A stretch of DNA of 64,000 nucleotides from Marsupella aquatica (GCA_973895155.1 OZ316898.1:16661420-16725419); one strand, 5' to 3'. Positions 12,850-26,989 are shown, counted from the stretch's first letter. The notes: generated by a model not told the origin, from the letters alone. Numbers and translations are program-made.

Positions 12850-14400
12850 AAGCTCCAAATATGAAGACCCGAAGGCAAGGGACCCAATAGAGGGGCAAAA
12901 ACAAGGGAAACATCATAGGAAATCCAACGAGCCAAAAAGCTCCAAAGATATAGTCCCCAACAACGGCAAAAGGTCTACAATCTTACTAAGTCACAAATAA
13001 AAGTTCTGGTAAAATTTTGGAGGAAACCACATAGGTGGGTCACAAAACATAATTTTTCTAGAGGGGCCCTAGAACCAAACAGCCTTGGCCCTACAAGGAG
13101 TTGTATATGCCTAAGCTCTATTGTGCAGCAGACACCAGCTTACAGAAGAAAGTGAGAGCACAAAAAGATCACACATGCCTGTAGGAAATGATCAGAGATA
13201 GGGTGTAGAACCCCAAAGACCTCCAAAGCCAGTGGGTAGAACAAATGGTCAGGATAACAAGCAGCATGTGCCTCCTTGAGCTGGGTTATCTTGGCTGCAA
13301 CATGGCCTGGTACATTTGATAGCAATTGCATCGTTGTTCCCACCAATAGGATTTGCCACAATCTCATCGCAACAACAGGAACTTGTGCCCTAACATAGAC
13401 CAGATTATCCCCGGGTGGAACTGGTCCATAAACATGGTATCTGAGATGGTATCATGCCATGACATCAGTATGTCATAGTCTTCTCACTCAGCATGACCAA
13501 ACCTGACTATATGAACTCCCTTTGGGTCCATAGGCACCTTGTAAACACAAGTGGGTTGGCCTAGGAGGCATGGGTGGGGTAGACCAAGTCAGTGGTGCAT
13601 AGGCGTGGTGAAGATGAAAGAACTCATACGGATGGGGGGCCACAAAGAACTTCTAGAAGATAGCCATACTCCTGAACTATCACCCATACAAGACAAAAGA
13701 CGTGCTCAAATTGAGTCACATGGTGTATTTGTGAACATGTTAGAAAGGGTGTAATGGTGTCTGCGGTCAAAAATCACCTGTTGAACTATATCCACACTGC
13801 TTTCCTGCCTGCATAGCCACCTTCCCCACATGAACCCTTTGCTGGCTCAGAATCCGTACCATACCAGTCCTGCACAATGTAGTGCCGATAGTAGTCAACC
13901 GGCATGTCAATGCTAGCACTGGTACCTGGCCATGAGCGATCTCTCTCCACCATGCCCCAGTTTGCCTCCTAATGAAGAGCCCTAGGAGGTGAAGCTGCAT
14001 GCATGTGTGAGATGAGAAGTACTTAAGTGACCCTAGGTCAATGATACAATTATGTCTATTGCTTTTGGTGGGCTCTCAGATAGGAACAAAGGTGCAAAGG
14101 GTTGGCTTCAACAGTGGGGTAAGCCATGGGTTTTTCCGGGGTTTTATTGCAGGGAGGAGATAGGAAACCTATCGATTTAGTATGAATACAAGCAGGACCA
14201 AAGCTCAAAAACCTGTAAGCCATCACAACAAACAAAACTAACAATCGCACATGAACGAGCCACTGAATGGCTTGCAGACCCCAATACCAGAATTCACCCA
14301 TTTGGATAGCTTAAATGATCTTCTTTTGGCAAGAAGGGTACAAAAGAGATCAATTCAGCTGAGAAAAGTTTTGTCTGTAACTATTTGGGGAATGTTAAAT
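12850..14400 (-). mobile_element. Highly decayed non-LTR retrotransposon relic, CRE-like (restriction-like endonuclease type); boundaries approximate
   Basis: Minus strand zinc-finger-like CVYKVPMDPKGVH...WHD (about 13550-13450), then KEAH...FYPLALEVFGVLHP..DHFL (13140-13367), which resembles the C-terminal REL endonuclease region of CRE-clade elements. Confidence 0.55.
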
Positions 14401-17100
14401 CCATTCCAAAATTATATTGTATACTGTTTAGAACAAGCCCAACTATTCATACTCCATCCCTAGGTTTTATTGTATACAGTTTAAAACAACCCCCGTCACT
14501 GATGCAACGTGCTAGTACAAATTATCAAAATGAGCTGGTCTTATATTTATGGATGAATGCATAAAACCCAAGTGTAGTTAATATTTTTTTCAATGAACAT
14601 CAAAATGATTTTCAAGGCAGAAGCACCCCAATTGATGCATGTCCAGATGCATTCCTCTCTAGTGCGTTCTCTTCTATGGTCGAAGCAAAGCGAAATGTGG
14701 ACCTCGTTCTCCATTCGTTGCTCAATCATACACCACCTCATGAACTTTTCCCAATGCATGAAGGGAGCTCTTTCCAAAGTACAGTGCTTATTCAGATCGG
14801 TCTTAGAAAGCTGCTCTGGCAAGGCTCGAGTCTTGAGGAGTCTTTGTAAGACGGCTGGTTCATCATGATGGACGGTGGAGGGTGCTTTCCTGAAAGGGGG
14901 AATTTCATTTATTGATCTTAGCCCAGCTAATGCAGTGCGAGGAAGACTCCCATGAATCCCGCTCACGGCTCACCCAAGTGAAAGAAGAGATGCTAGGAAT
15001 ATTTTCTATTAAATTCTTGAATCTTCGTCACCCTTAGATTTCCCTAGATTTAGGGCGAGCCATCAGATTATGGCTAATAGACCCTATGGCTCGGTGGGAG
15101 ACTGGCCAGGGAAACCCAAGGTCTCTGGTCAATTGTACGCAAGGTTACCGAAGTCGTACCTTTTGCCACTAGGAAAGCAATGCTTACAGTCTCCGGCTGC
15201 TGCTGACTGCTGAGGCTGTACAGTGTTTTAATTGCCCTCTCCCTCTGAAGGAATGGACTGCACGGAGTGTCCTGTAAAGCAGCTTGACTTGGGGGGCCAG
15301 ATTCCGATGGAGGGAGCACGGAGCTTGCCTATTGCCTAGCCTCTGTCCTGAAGTTCACCGCATGCAGGTGGTGACAGATTTTCCTTCCTGCAGATTCCAA
15401 GGCGGGGTCTTCGTGGTGTCAGATTTTCCTCCTAGCAGATTCCGGGCAAATAAGAAACTCGCAGTTCAGGCTTCCGGTTTCAATTCTGTGAGAGTTGTTG
15501 TCATCCATCGACTTCACCCGACGGTACAGGTGCTTGCAGATGCACCACTTCGTTGCATCAGACCTCTTCTGCTTCGAGAATCGAGCTCAGAGGTGGACAT
15601 GTGTAGATGGTGATGGTTCGGCCTTTGGGTTGTGGTTCTGGCGAAGTGTTTCACATTACAGTAGTTCGAAGATAATAGTTGGGCGGACCTTGGATGTTCA
15701 CTCTTCAGGCTTTGCAGCAAGACACTGGCATAGTGTTTCTACAGAGAGGCATTCAAGGAGGCGGTTGGTAGCGACGATAGACTACAGACCGCCATGGAGA
15801 CAGGCAGGAAGCAGCCCAACCCGAGCTCACGAGTCCTTTTTGGGGGCTGGAGATGAAAAGTGACTTACTGATGTATTAATAATTGGAGGTTGATTCCACT
15901 CCTTAGTATTGCAGAACAAAGGTCGAGGCTAATCGATCGTTCATTTGCGTGGTGTGGGATGTTTCCTAAATGTTCGTGAAATCCATCGTCAATTGGGCCG
16001 CTTGGTTTGCTCGTCTGCATTCTCGAATTTAATGTAATGAGCCGTAGTGGTAGTGCCCTGACCTTCCTTCCTCCCCCGCCTTGCCTTTCTCAGCTCACGA
16101 GAATCTGCTCAACAGAACGCTTGTTGCATCAATCTTCACCAAATTGATCTTTTATCCGTGCTCCACTTTCTCTTTTCTTCGAAGTTGTTCTTCTACGAGA
16201 ACGATGCATGGTACAATAAACTTTGCTCTTCTTCGAGGCAATTCTTCATTTGAGTTGGCCTGGTGATGTAGCCAACTCTTGGCCGAAAGACTGGAGCAAG
16301 GAAGAAAGCATTCAACCGGGGGACTGCTGACTGGGTCGGTGTGCTGTCAAAACTCTGATTCATATCTACTTTAGACTAAGGCTTCCTTCCAGATTTTGTT
16401 CTATGAATGGCATTTTGGTGATTGATCCCTTGAAGTGACCCCTTGCAGCCTTGTCAGCTCCCCGTTCCTTGCAGTTGTGTCAGTTGAAAAATCAGCTTGA
16501 CCTCCTGGAGCGGTCCAGTCTTTCAATTGGAAGATATCACTGAGTGGCAGAGGAGGCTGGGCAGTGTGCACATTGGTGTCCGATTTTCTCCTTCGAGATT
16601 CGACTGAGCACGGACGATATGCGGTGTCAACAATGTCACTCTCGGGCAGAAACTTCTGGTGATGCTAAGATTGATGCGCACATGCGGAGTGGTGGTGAAG
16701 TCTGCTTGTTCGCCCCAGAGTCTGGCCCACAACGGCACGTGGATGAATGTCTCAACTGAGGAGAGCAACGAAGGAAGACCCAATTTTTGCAATGCGTAAA
16801 GCAAGACCAGTCTTGTCTCGGTGGTACAGCAGCGCACAGTATGCTCGGTGAAGTCCATCCCGCTTGAGCGGTGAAAAAAAGTCCTTTCTGATGGTGACCA
16901 CATTCTGACCATCCTTTGACTTCTCTAATCATTCCTATCGGCCAAAATTTTTGGCATCACTTTCGTGGATTTTGTGTACTGTTGGAGATTAGCAAAAGCC
17001 AGGGTGGAAAGAAGAAGGGTGAGGTTTGGGCGAGATTCCTGGGAAGTGTTTAATATTGAAGCTCAGAGAAGTGACAGGGATTGTTGAAAGGGGTCCGTGG

Positions 17101-19852
17101 ATGCGCACTGCAGAGGAGGAAGATGAGGCCGGACACTTTAGGCCTGATGCATGGAAAGTGGCATGGGAAGCAGCGCAGGATGTGCCAGCGCCATCCTGCG
17201 AGGTTAAGGCAGCAGCAGAGAGGCTTGTCACGGCAGAGAATCTCCAACAGGCCCTGGGATGGTTGATACTCTCCCAAATCGGTATCCTCCTTGGCTCATT
17301 CGGCCAGCTTATGTCCGTGGCCGTATGCTTGCTACTCTTTGCCATCTTCATGGTGGAAGCCTCGCTGAAATATCTTCGGACCTGGGTACACAGGCGCTTT
17401 TTCATGGATGTGCCTTGTGCCTTTGTGCCCATTCACGAGGAGAGAGCCTATGATTCGCTCGAGGTCTTCGGAAGGTACCTCCTTTCTGCTGTTCTGCTGG
17501 AACTCCTCCTCTACGTTCCTTTCATATATGTGGTTGTGGACTTCTCCAGGGATTATTACATCAACACCGATCATTGTAATTCAGATCCCAATTATCCCTG
17601 CCCTCAGCTCGGGACTAATCTGTTAGTTTACCTACTCTTCATCTGTACTTTCACAACGATTGGGCATTGGCTGACGAGCCTGTTGACCGTCCTGGCGTTC
17701 TATTTTGCCATGGGGAGCGGCATAGTGCCTCCGTTTCGGGATGGGAAAATGAAAACGCGGAATTTTAACAACGAAGAAGGGACCAGCTTGAAATGGATGA
17801 GCCCGTGTAATTGCAGCGGCAGCCGTTGCAAAGTGAGCAAGCGGCGTCTCTCCATCCCCAGAACTCACTTTGACCGGGTGCTCTGCCTCACTTGGTGGGT
17901 TCATATGGCGAGGCATCGTCATCTCTCCGCAATGGTGGCCAGCGCCCAACCCGGCAGCTGTGGATTGTCCGGGCATTGGTTTGAGAGTGTGTCCGAGCTG
18001 AGGCGAATTGTGGAGAAATGTCTCTTAACTGGAGCTGGAGACCATATCTTGAACTCTAACGGGCCTCTATGGGTATCTCAAGAAATGGCCCTTAGGGCGT
18101 TGGTTATCGTTTCTAAGCAACCGAGAGGAAGTATCTGGTGTAAGGACATTCTCCAGAAGAATGGATTTGATCTTTTGGTGCAGGTTGTGAGGGAAGGGAA
18201 GGGGTCAACAAGCAGAGGGTTGGCTGCCGCTGCCATTGCAGTTTTGGCCACTCAGGACAAGGACATTCTAAGAGAACAGGGTGCTGACCTTTCCTTGGCT
18301 GTAACTCCCTTGAGGAGACTGCTCAGATATAAGGAGCATGAATTGAAAGAGGTTGCGCTCGGAGCCTTGCTGAATACTGCTTTGACTGACGATGACAAGC
18401 AATTCAAGAATCTCCTTTTACAATTCCATAGCTCGGATGGAGTTGTGGGGGGTTCTCGTGGCACTTTCATGTCCACTCTCATGGACATTGCCCAAAATGG
18501 TCCGACGACTACTTGTCAGGAGCTTGCTATAGGTTTGCTGACTCGCTTGGCTGCTGACAGCCCACAGGCTCGGACGGCTCTGATGGGCCCCAAAAGCTCT
18601 GACGAAAGTAAAAAACACAGGGGAATTGAATTTCTGATTGAGCTTCTGCAAGATGGGCAGACCACCGAGATAAAGGCAAGTGTAGCAGGGGCGTTGTCGG
18701 AATTAGCTTTTAAGGAAGGGAAAACTATTGGAAAGGGGCCTTTCGGCGAGAGCTGCATCAAAACTTTGATTGAACAGTTAGGAGGTGAACCTCAGATTGC
18801 TTATGCATCAGCAAGGGCTCTGTGCAATCTGGCCATAAAATGCGGCGAGAATAAGCAGACAGTTGTTTCAGCTGGAGGTATTGAAAGCTTCATAAAGCTC
18901 TTAAGCACTGCAAACGAGACTTTGCCAGAGAGAAATTTTCACACTCAGGTGGGTCCTTTCTCTTTGCTCCCCCTCCTTTTGCGGTCCTCAACTACAGTTT
19001 TGCAAAATGCTCCAAATATTCGTAGTTAAGAAATCTGAATACCTTGTGGACCTGTTGATGCAGAGAAAAAGACCAAGTAGCAATTCTCAATTTGTGGTAC
19101 GTCTTTTATGCTCGCAGTCCTTGGAGCTATTGTTTGAACAACACGTCAAAGCCCCTTCCACAAGAGCACAAACGGAAGGAGTAAAAGCCATTTTTTTTCT
19201 AATTAGGACAGACCACCTCATGAGCATGAGCATGAGCATGAGCATGAGACTTCATTTGGATTTCTCTCAACATTGAATTGTTGTGTCGTATCTTTGAATG
19301 TCTACAAAGTGTGTTCGCTTTAAGTGGAACCAATGGATGTTGGCTGTTCTTGCACCCCAGATGCACGAGCAAGTGCAAGCAGAGGCAGCGAGGGCCTTGT
19401 GGATACTCGCTAATAACAACAAAGTACGTCAGGAGCGAATTTCTGAGGCCAATGGCATTCCTCTTCTTGCGGAACTCTTGGTCAACGACAGACCAAGAGT
19501 ACACATACAGGCAGTTGCAGCTCTCTCAGCCCTTGCCTGGAAGAACAAGAATATTCAAGACTTGATACGTCAAGACGACACAATATTTCCTAGAATGGTT
19601 CAACTGCTTGAAGTTATGCAAGGTGTCAGAGTGGCAGACAAGGTCACGGACAAAATGGAAGGAAAGGTATTGGAGAAAGTTGCAACAGCAATTTTGAGTT
19701 TTACTGATGAAAACAAACCTAACCGAGAGTTCCTTCGAGATGTTGCATTGCGTCCACTTCAGAATATCTACGAGGATGCAGGCTACAGTGATAAAGCCTT
19801 GAGGAAGGTCAGAGAGGCCATAGAAAGTCTGACAGGAAACAATCCTGCATAA
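17101..19852 (+). CDS. Predicted multi-pass membrane protein with C-terminal armadillo (ARM) repeats. Exons 17101-18948 and 19361-19852, ~779 aa; start ATG inferred
   Basis: Long ORF 17026-19029 with 3-4 hydrophobic segments, then ARM-like units (VAGALSELA, SARALCNLA, GGIESFIKLL). A phase-0 intron CAG|GT...CCCCAG|ATG joins it to an exon with AARALWILA, GIPLLAELL, AVAALSALA. Confidence 0.8.
19219..19248. repeat. (CATGAG)5 microsatellite in the ARM-gene intron
   Basis: Read directly. Confidence 0.95.
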
Positions 19853-21127
19853 CTCTTATCCACAGGCCTGACTAGAAAAGCAGAGGCATCAATTCCGATG
19901 CACAAAGGAAGAAGCATGTTCACCCCGGTTGACCAATTTCCATTCTCTATTCAAAGGTAAATTTAAAGTACAGGTTCAGTCGTACTCTTACCTTTCTTCG
20001 ACTCTTTCTGCTTATGGCTGACTTTCTCTTGCAAAAGAAATGGAGCATATGAAAGTGTGGCCCTTATCTATACTTCCTTTCCTTCGTTTCCTTTGATGGT
20101 ACATATAAGAGGAGCAATATTGAAGGCATGTGGGGTGAAATAGATTTGAGGGAAACGGCGTTACTCTTATGCGCATATCGTTTTTGAAAGTAATAAAAGT
20201 GCGTGGGATTGAACAAGCTATCCGTGTCTTATATGATTGCTTTGCAACGACCTGGCAAGGTATTCCATACAAGGTCATGCTAATTAAGCAGATGTGCATT
20301 TCAAGATTTTTGCCGTCAATTGTCTCCAGAGTGATCCATTCTTTGGTGAATAAAAGCAATCGCGTGAAATGGTGCTGGAATATGTTTAGTCATTTGGAAC
20401 ATCGGAACATGTTACCCAGCATTTACACAGATGAATCTTCAACATGAGCCATCGATTTTCAATTGAAATCAATGTGAGGGCTTCTGAGGTCTCCGATAAA
20501 TAACCCACCCACCCGTGAACAATCGCGAAAACACTACACGTATCTGTCCTGGTGAAGTTCGGCTGAGAGGCTGGAGAACATTCTAGATAATATGGATAGT
20601 ACCCCAGTCATTACAGGTAGCTAGGGATTTAAGGGAATGACATGAAGAAGTCATGGAGTCTACAGGAGTGCTCACGCAGCAGGGTTCAGCGAGATGGGTT
20701 GAGTTTTGTAGTTCCCTTGATCGTGGTCCATGCAGTGCCTACTTCGCCATTGGTTCATCAATGCCAGGGAGCCTCTCTTTCAAAATAAGAACAGAGCAGA
20801 AATATCTACTGAGAATATCTGTCCGACATATTGTAGCATATATATTGAGCATCTACGATGCAGTTTGGCTCATCAGATGTGTTTGGCATGAGCAGACTAA
20901 GCAATTCCCGCAAAACTTTTAGTGGGGGTGGGCCATTTCCAATGTGCCTAAATCGTCAAATTTCACTGAGAATTTATAGACTTATCAGCCTAACATCTGT
21001 CAAATTTCACTGAGCGTTGCATCATTTCTCTTATTTATTTTGCCACATTTAATCTTCACTATAATTTGTAATATATATAAGAAGGTCCATTCAAGTTGCA
21101 AAAGTTTTTTATAAGCATTTTGGTAAT

Positions 21128-21470
21128 CATGGAGATCTATCCACGGTAACTAAAGCCAAGTTTTTATTTGAGATCTGGCCAGGGAAACTAAAGTTTGGTA
21201 AACATGGAGATCTATCTAGGGAAACTAAAGCCGAGATGGACCTCCACTTTGTCTGTGAAGTAGACATGGATTGTCCACTTTGTTTATGAAGTCCAGATGA
21301 ATTGTCCACTTTGTCTATGAAGTCCAGATGGATTGGCAAAGTTTGGAAGTACTTGCCCAGAATATTTAAACTGACGGATTGTCCACTTTGTCTATGAAGT
21401 CCAGATGGATTGGCAAAGTTTGGATTGGCAAAGTTTGGAACTACTTGCTCAGAACATTTAAACTGACTCA
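21128..21470. repeat. Compound local tandem repeats
   Basis: CATGGAGATCTATC...AACTAAAGCC x2; TCCACTTTGTYTRTGAAGT x4; GGATTGGCAAAGTTTGGA x3. Confidence 0.8.
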
Positions 21471-22091
21471 GATAACATTGTATACACTTTTGAGTGACCT
21501 GTGAAAAGTCTCCTTATTGTTTGCAGCCAGTGTCAATGACATTATCTACCCGGTTGCCTTGGTAACTTGATGACCTTGAACTTGAAAGATGTCAAGTCAT
21601 CATGTCATTACTCAAGGTCACCATGACGTCTTGACTATTTTCTCCCCAAAGTAGTCAAGGTCATCAATCGCAATCCACAGCCAATTTCTTTTTATATTTT
21701 GTGTAAAAGCAAAGATCTCTTTACACAGTCCACAAAGATGGGCATAGACAATGTCCATGTCCATGGGCTTTTGTTTCTCTATCCAGATTCTATTTCTTTT
21801 CTTCTGCTAGTTTAGTGGAATTTTATTTGAATAATTACTAAAAGAACATCCCAGAGAAAAGAAAGTATGGAGTATAAGTCAGAGGCGAAGATAATATGGA
21901 GTGGCAGATCACCTCATCCCTGTCGGAAAGTTGAAATGACATTACAAAGTATATTGTTGGATTACATTGAATGAGAGCTTTCTTGGAGTTCGCTGGGACA
22001 GATGTAACGCGAAGGCAATTAACACAAAAAAAAATGCTCCAATGTCCACAGGGGAATCTCACAACTTGGGGACTCCCATTCCAGTGTTCAC

Positions 22092-22283
22092 ACGGGAACT
22101 ATCAGATTGGTGTCAATGTCTCTCCCTTGTTCAATATATGCGTTTTTCTTCAAAAGATTTCGTTTATCTCTAGGTAAGGCAACAGGGACGGGAACTATCA
22201 GATTGGTGTCAATGTCTCTCCCTTGTTTAATATATGCGTTTTTCTTCAAAAGATTTCGTTTATCTCTAGGTAAGGCAACAGGG
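22092..22283. repeat. Near-perfect 96-bp tandem duplication
   Basis: ACGGGAACTATCAGATTGG...GGCAACAGGG at 22092 and 22188, with a diverged third copy near 22460-22555. Confidence 0.9.
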
Positions 22284-24434
22284 GAAACGAGGAAGATACA
22301 CTGCGTGTTTAATGCAGCAGCTGCTCAATCTTACCATGAGACTTTTGAGATATATGTCGAACTCTTTCGAGGTTTACGATGATTATTTTACACTTGTCAG
22401 ACTTCGGTCCACTCGATTTTGCTTTAAGATTTTAATCTGACTCCTGGTCCAATGTTCACAGGGGAATTTCAGGTTGGTGTCAATGTTTTTCCTTTGTTCA
22501 ACAAGGGGATTTATCTTCAGAAGAATTTCCTTTGTCTTGAGGTCACACAACAGGGGCAGCGATGGGGGAAAGGGTAATGGTTAATTATTCTTATTTTCCT
22601 CAAAGCAAGGACGCAAAATGAAATTCAAAGACCACCGCGGCGAAAACTCGCGGGGAAAAGAGACTAAACAAGCCCAACGGGACAGAGCACACGCCAGCAA
22701 AACCAGGGGGCCAAGGCACAAGTCATCGACACGCTGCAGCGGAGACAACACATCACGGCCCCACAGGCACAAACAAAGTACTCTTGGTTCGGGAATGGAT
22801 CGAGATTACCCAGCGGTGCACAGACAGATCGTAAATCCAGTAATAATCCTATCGGTAGGTTTTGTGGTCCTATGCTCCCAGATTTGGGGTATCTAGCACT
22901 ATTAAGCCTGAAATGCCAAAATCATGCTGGTTGTCAACAGTACAATGCGCAATAGAGGTAACATTGTGCTTTCATTTGTTCTGTGTCCTGCCATGATACT
23001 CGTCAAGCACTGCAATACTACAATCAGGTCTGTGCGCCTCATAGCATGTGAGACATTGCTGACATTGTCTAAAGCTATAATCAAACATCAATAATGCTAC
23101 CATTCGGGGAGCTATCTCTCGTCGCTGATCTGTCAGTCATCGCAGTGAGTTCAGTTAATGTGCTAAATAAGCGTCGAGCCTTCATGGCACTGGTTAATGG
23201 AGCAGCTGCTCAATGTTATCATGAGATTTCTGAGGTGCGAACTCTTTCAAGGTTTACCGATTAATTCACACTATTCTGACTTTGGTCTGCTCGATTAAAC
23301 TTCAAGATGTTAAAGATTACCAAACCGTCCTTTACAAAAGAACCAAGTACGAATCACACTCCCAGAGACGTTGGTAAACAATAGTCCTTTGACCAAGCAG
23401 GCTTGATAGAGGGTGCATCTCAAATGAGGAGAGGAACATGAATAATTATCTACACAGGGTAAATTCTTACGCAGAAGTGAATGTCGAAGCCCTTTCTCTT
23501 ACAGAAGATACAAAAGGAACAGCCGGATATGCTGATCAATTCCTGACAGATTCCTAAGCAAAATAACGGTGTCGAAAGTCTGATCACAAAGTGTGCTTTG
23601 AAGCTGGAGCACACCAGCATTCAAAGTGTTAAGAGTGAGGAAAAAGCATCGTCTTGTCGGATATGCTCAAAGGAGAGCCCCACCCACCGGTAAGAGAGAT
23701 CGATTTGTTCCGCCTGTGTCTGGAAGTTTTATTTACTCCCACGAGACCAGCTCTCTTGGAAAAACTCGGCAACTGGTTTGCGATCATGTGCGGTATCTCA
23801 CAGCTTGCAGATTGTGATGAGGGTTCCGACTGTCTTCCATTCCATATCTTTGTCGGGAGCTGAGTATAAAACTTAGTACAAAAAGTCACCTCCCACATGA
23901 TGCCACACGCGCCACATTCTTCGGCGCTGTCAGGCGAAAAACGGATTCTGCAATATGCGATGCTAGGAAAGGTTTGGGACGAATTTAAAATTGAGTGCTG
24001 CCCCAATTGCAGCTGTTCTCCAAGTTTTGAGCCAAATCGGTGACAGTTCTCAAATTTCTATCCGAATGTGTCCTCATGTCTCTGAAAATTTTCAAAGCAG
24101 AATTATTTTCTCTGGAATCTCCATTTCAGCCCAACTCATAGGTAGACCTGTAAGAACGTGGGGTGAAGTTGGAAGTGACTCAATTGAGCCGATTTGATTG
24201 TCCCGTGAGCCCTCAAAGGGCATTGCAGCAGTATACAGGCAGCAAATGGCTGCTGAATGAAACTTAACGAAAAATACTATTAGTCTCATTGAAGAAGACG
24301 ATGATCTACATTTCACGCCACTTTCTCCAGTATTCTAGACGGGCAGGGCATGACTCATACACAAGGAACACAGCCTAAGATGCCATCTATATACATTCAT
24401 ACGGACATACCCTCTCATCTCAGTTCATCTTGCC

Positions 24435-25108
24435 TTAGAAAACAGCCTGATCGCCAAGTTCCTGACCTACCATGCCGTCTCTTACCACCCTCTCGAAGAA
24501 CTCTTCCAGTGTATCATTCCCATAGCTCGGAGTAGCTACCGCATCATAGTCCCGAGTCTCAAATGCCAAGCAAGCGATCACCACATCCACCCCACCACCC
24601 CCTCGAGTGGTCTTCAGTGCATTTCCAACGCTGTGGCGTCTGTCACGTCAGGGAAGCAAACCGTGGCGCCCGCAAGCTCTGCCTGGATTTTCCGCCAATT
24701 CCGCTCTTTTCTCGAGCCACAGCGACCACATTGTACCCTCTCTTCACCATCTCCTTGACCACAAACTTGCCTATGTACCCGGTCGCGCCACATTGGTGTC
24801 CTTCGGGCTCTTCGTCCGGAATCCCATCGTCTCGGTCGTCTTCTACGCCCCATCTGCCCTCACGGTCATCACCCTTCGATTCGAAATTGCTGCAGCTCCT
24901 GCTACAGCTCTATCTCTCCTTACGTGTGACAATTGAGCTCCATCTGCTCTGAGTAAGGATTTACACGAGACATTCAAGCTTCGTTGAGAGAATGGCGGGA
25001 CTGCAGCGGAGGTGGAGTGAGTAACAGAGCCCGGTGTGGCCAACGGCAGGAGAGAGAGCGATCCCACCGCTATAGACTGCAAATCTCTCTCTCTCTCGCG
25101 GAAGCCAT
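24435..25108 (-). pseudogene. DVR: Divinyl chlorophyllide a 8-vinyl reductase (DVR/PCB2) pseudogene with a large internal deletion
   Basis: Minus strand across frameshifts: transit-peptide-like leader; [12 protein letters not shown]; [34 protein letters not shown]; [17 protein letters not shown]; VDVVIACLA, joined directly to the C-terminus [41 protein letters not shown]. Confidence 0.9.
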
Positions 25109-26989
25109 TATTAATCCCATGAAATGCAGCATAAGACGTGATGGAGCTCGTCCTTCCCTGACTACCGTAGGCCCATTCTTTTGAAAGGGACTTGTTGGGC
25201 CTGTCCCTGTAGCCCTTGCACATTCCCTGCCACCCAGCCCCTCTAACCCTTGGAGTGCTGTTAACTAATTAACCTGCCTGGTATCCTGTAGCCCTCTTGT
25301 CCCTAAGAGCCTATTTCTCAAATAGTTTTACTTTTTTGCCAAAGTACAGAACGTTACGTAGCCATTTTGTAATCAGTTCTTTGATTTACTTTTGACCATT
25401 GGATTTCCTCAGGTGTAACAAGAACCTTCAGAGTCTGGCAGAACCTTCGGAGAGTCTGGCAGGTGGGGTCTGCCACTAGGTGGGCAAATGTAGACAAAAG
25501 ACCAATATCTTTTAAATGCCAAAGATGTTAGCTATTTAGTCTTATATCTAGGGTAGTCTTATATCTAGGGTTATGACATGTAAACATAATTAAATTAATA
25601 ATGCTTAGAGATATAGTAAGGTTAACTAAGTTGCACACTAAATAGAACTAAAGTTCATTGTTACTAAGTTATGTGAGAGATAAAGAGAGCTTATACTCTT
25701 GGGGGTTTCACTTTCACAAATGTGACATATCATGTGCAAAGAATGATAGGGTCATCTTATTGGTTTTAAGTAAAGATTTAAGAATTTTTGTAGAAGCACA
25801 ATAGAGTCTTTTAAATTCAATTTTGATACTTATAAAAACATTAGAGTCTTTACGAGAGTCTTTGTAATCAAAATTTTGAAATATAGTGAGACCCTTGAGC
25901 TTACACTATGGAGACTTGGTATGACCAGCGGAGTTAGAGTTATGTAAAGTTCTCTTGTGTGTTCCCGTGGACATAGCTTCAAGGAGGTGAACTACATATC
26001 TTTTGTGTCGATCACTTGTGCGTTAGATGTGTCATGTACTTACCATTGTGAATGCAGTCTATGCTCAACAAAAGAGGGAGAATTCTTTATGGACTTCCAT
26101 GAGGAGCCTTTTGCAATTTTCTGGCATGTGGGTGCACCACGTCAGCACTTTTTGCCACAAATGCAAATGGCAATGTTTGTGGCCATGAACTAAAACATCC
26201 ATTTGTGTTTATGGCAACACCAGAAAACAATTAGACTCCAGAACGGTAATTAATGCCACAAAACATAGAAATGGGGGTAAAAGTAACTTACATATTTTTA
26301 AACTTTTCAATCGTTTAAAAATCATTGATGATACATTTTGGAGATTTTATTAGATTTAGAGCCTGGTTGGGGTAAGTTGAAGCAAGTAACCAGTTTTGAG
26401 ATTGTACATTATAACTGCCGAGATCATTCTCTTGAGAGACGATAATCCTTTAGCAATCTTGCTTTGATTACAACATTATGAGCGGCAGCAAAGGGCTTTC
26501 TGTCAGGGATGCAGCAGATTGTAATATTTGCAGACAAGAATATCACCCGGAGCCACCCACCACCACCACCAAAACCATTAGCTAAGGAGAATTCAAATCC
26601 AAAACTCAAGGGTAAGGTTGTGACAAGTTCTAGACCTTCTAGAGTTGATAGTAGTAAGGGAGGCACCGCCAAACCCAAAGTGGGGGTGAACATTGCCAAA
26701 CCAAAGATGCAAAGAGTGCAAAAGGCTAAGCGGGACTTGACCACAAATTTTGTTGACCTGAATAGCTAAATCTAAGGTTTACAAATGATTTCAAAAGGAC
26801 CTATACATCGTGCAACATGAATTGAACGAGACAAAAATTATTCTGGCCAACACACAGAGGGCACCTCCAATACCAAGGGATTACCTCACAACAAGTTTGA
26901 TGAGTCAACCCAACAAGTTTTTGAGAAAGTACAACTCTGATGAGTTGAATGATGGATACTCATGGTGAACTCTATTTTTAGAGGCTTGA

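Noticed and set aside
23300-24350. Possible decayed multi-exon gene on the minus strand next to the DVR pseudogene
   Set aside because: Some frames look protein-like but contain stops, and I could not assign homology.
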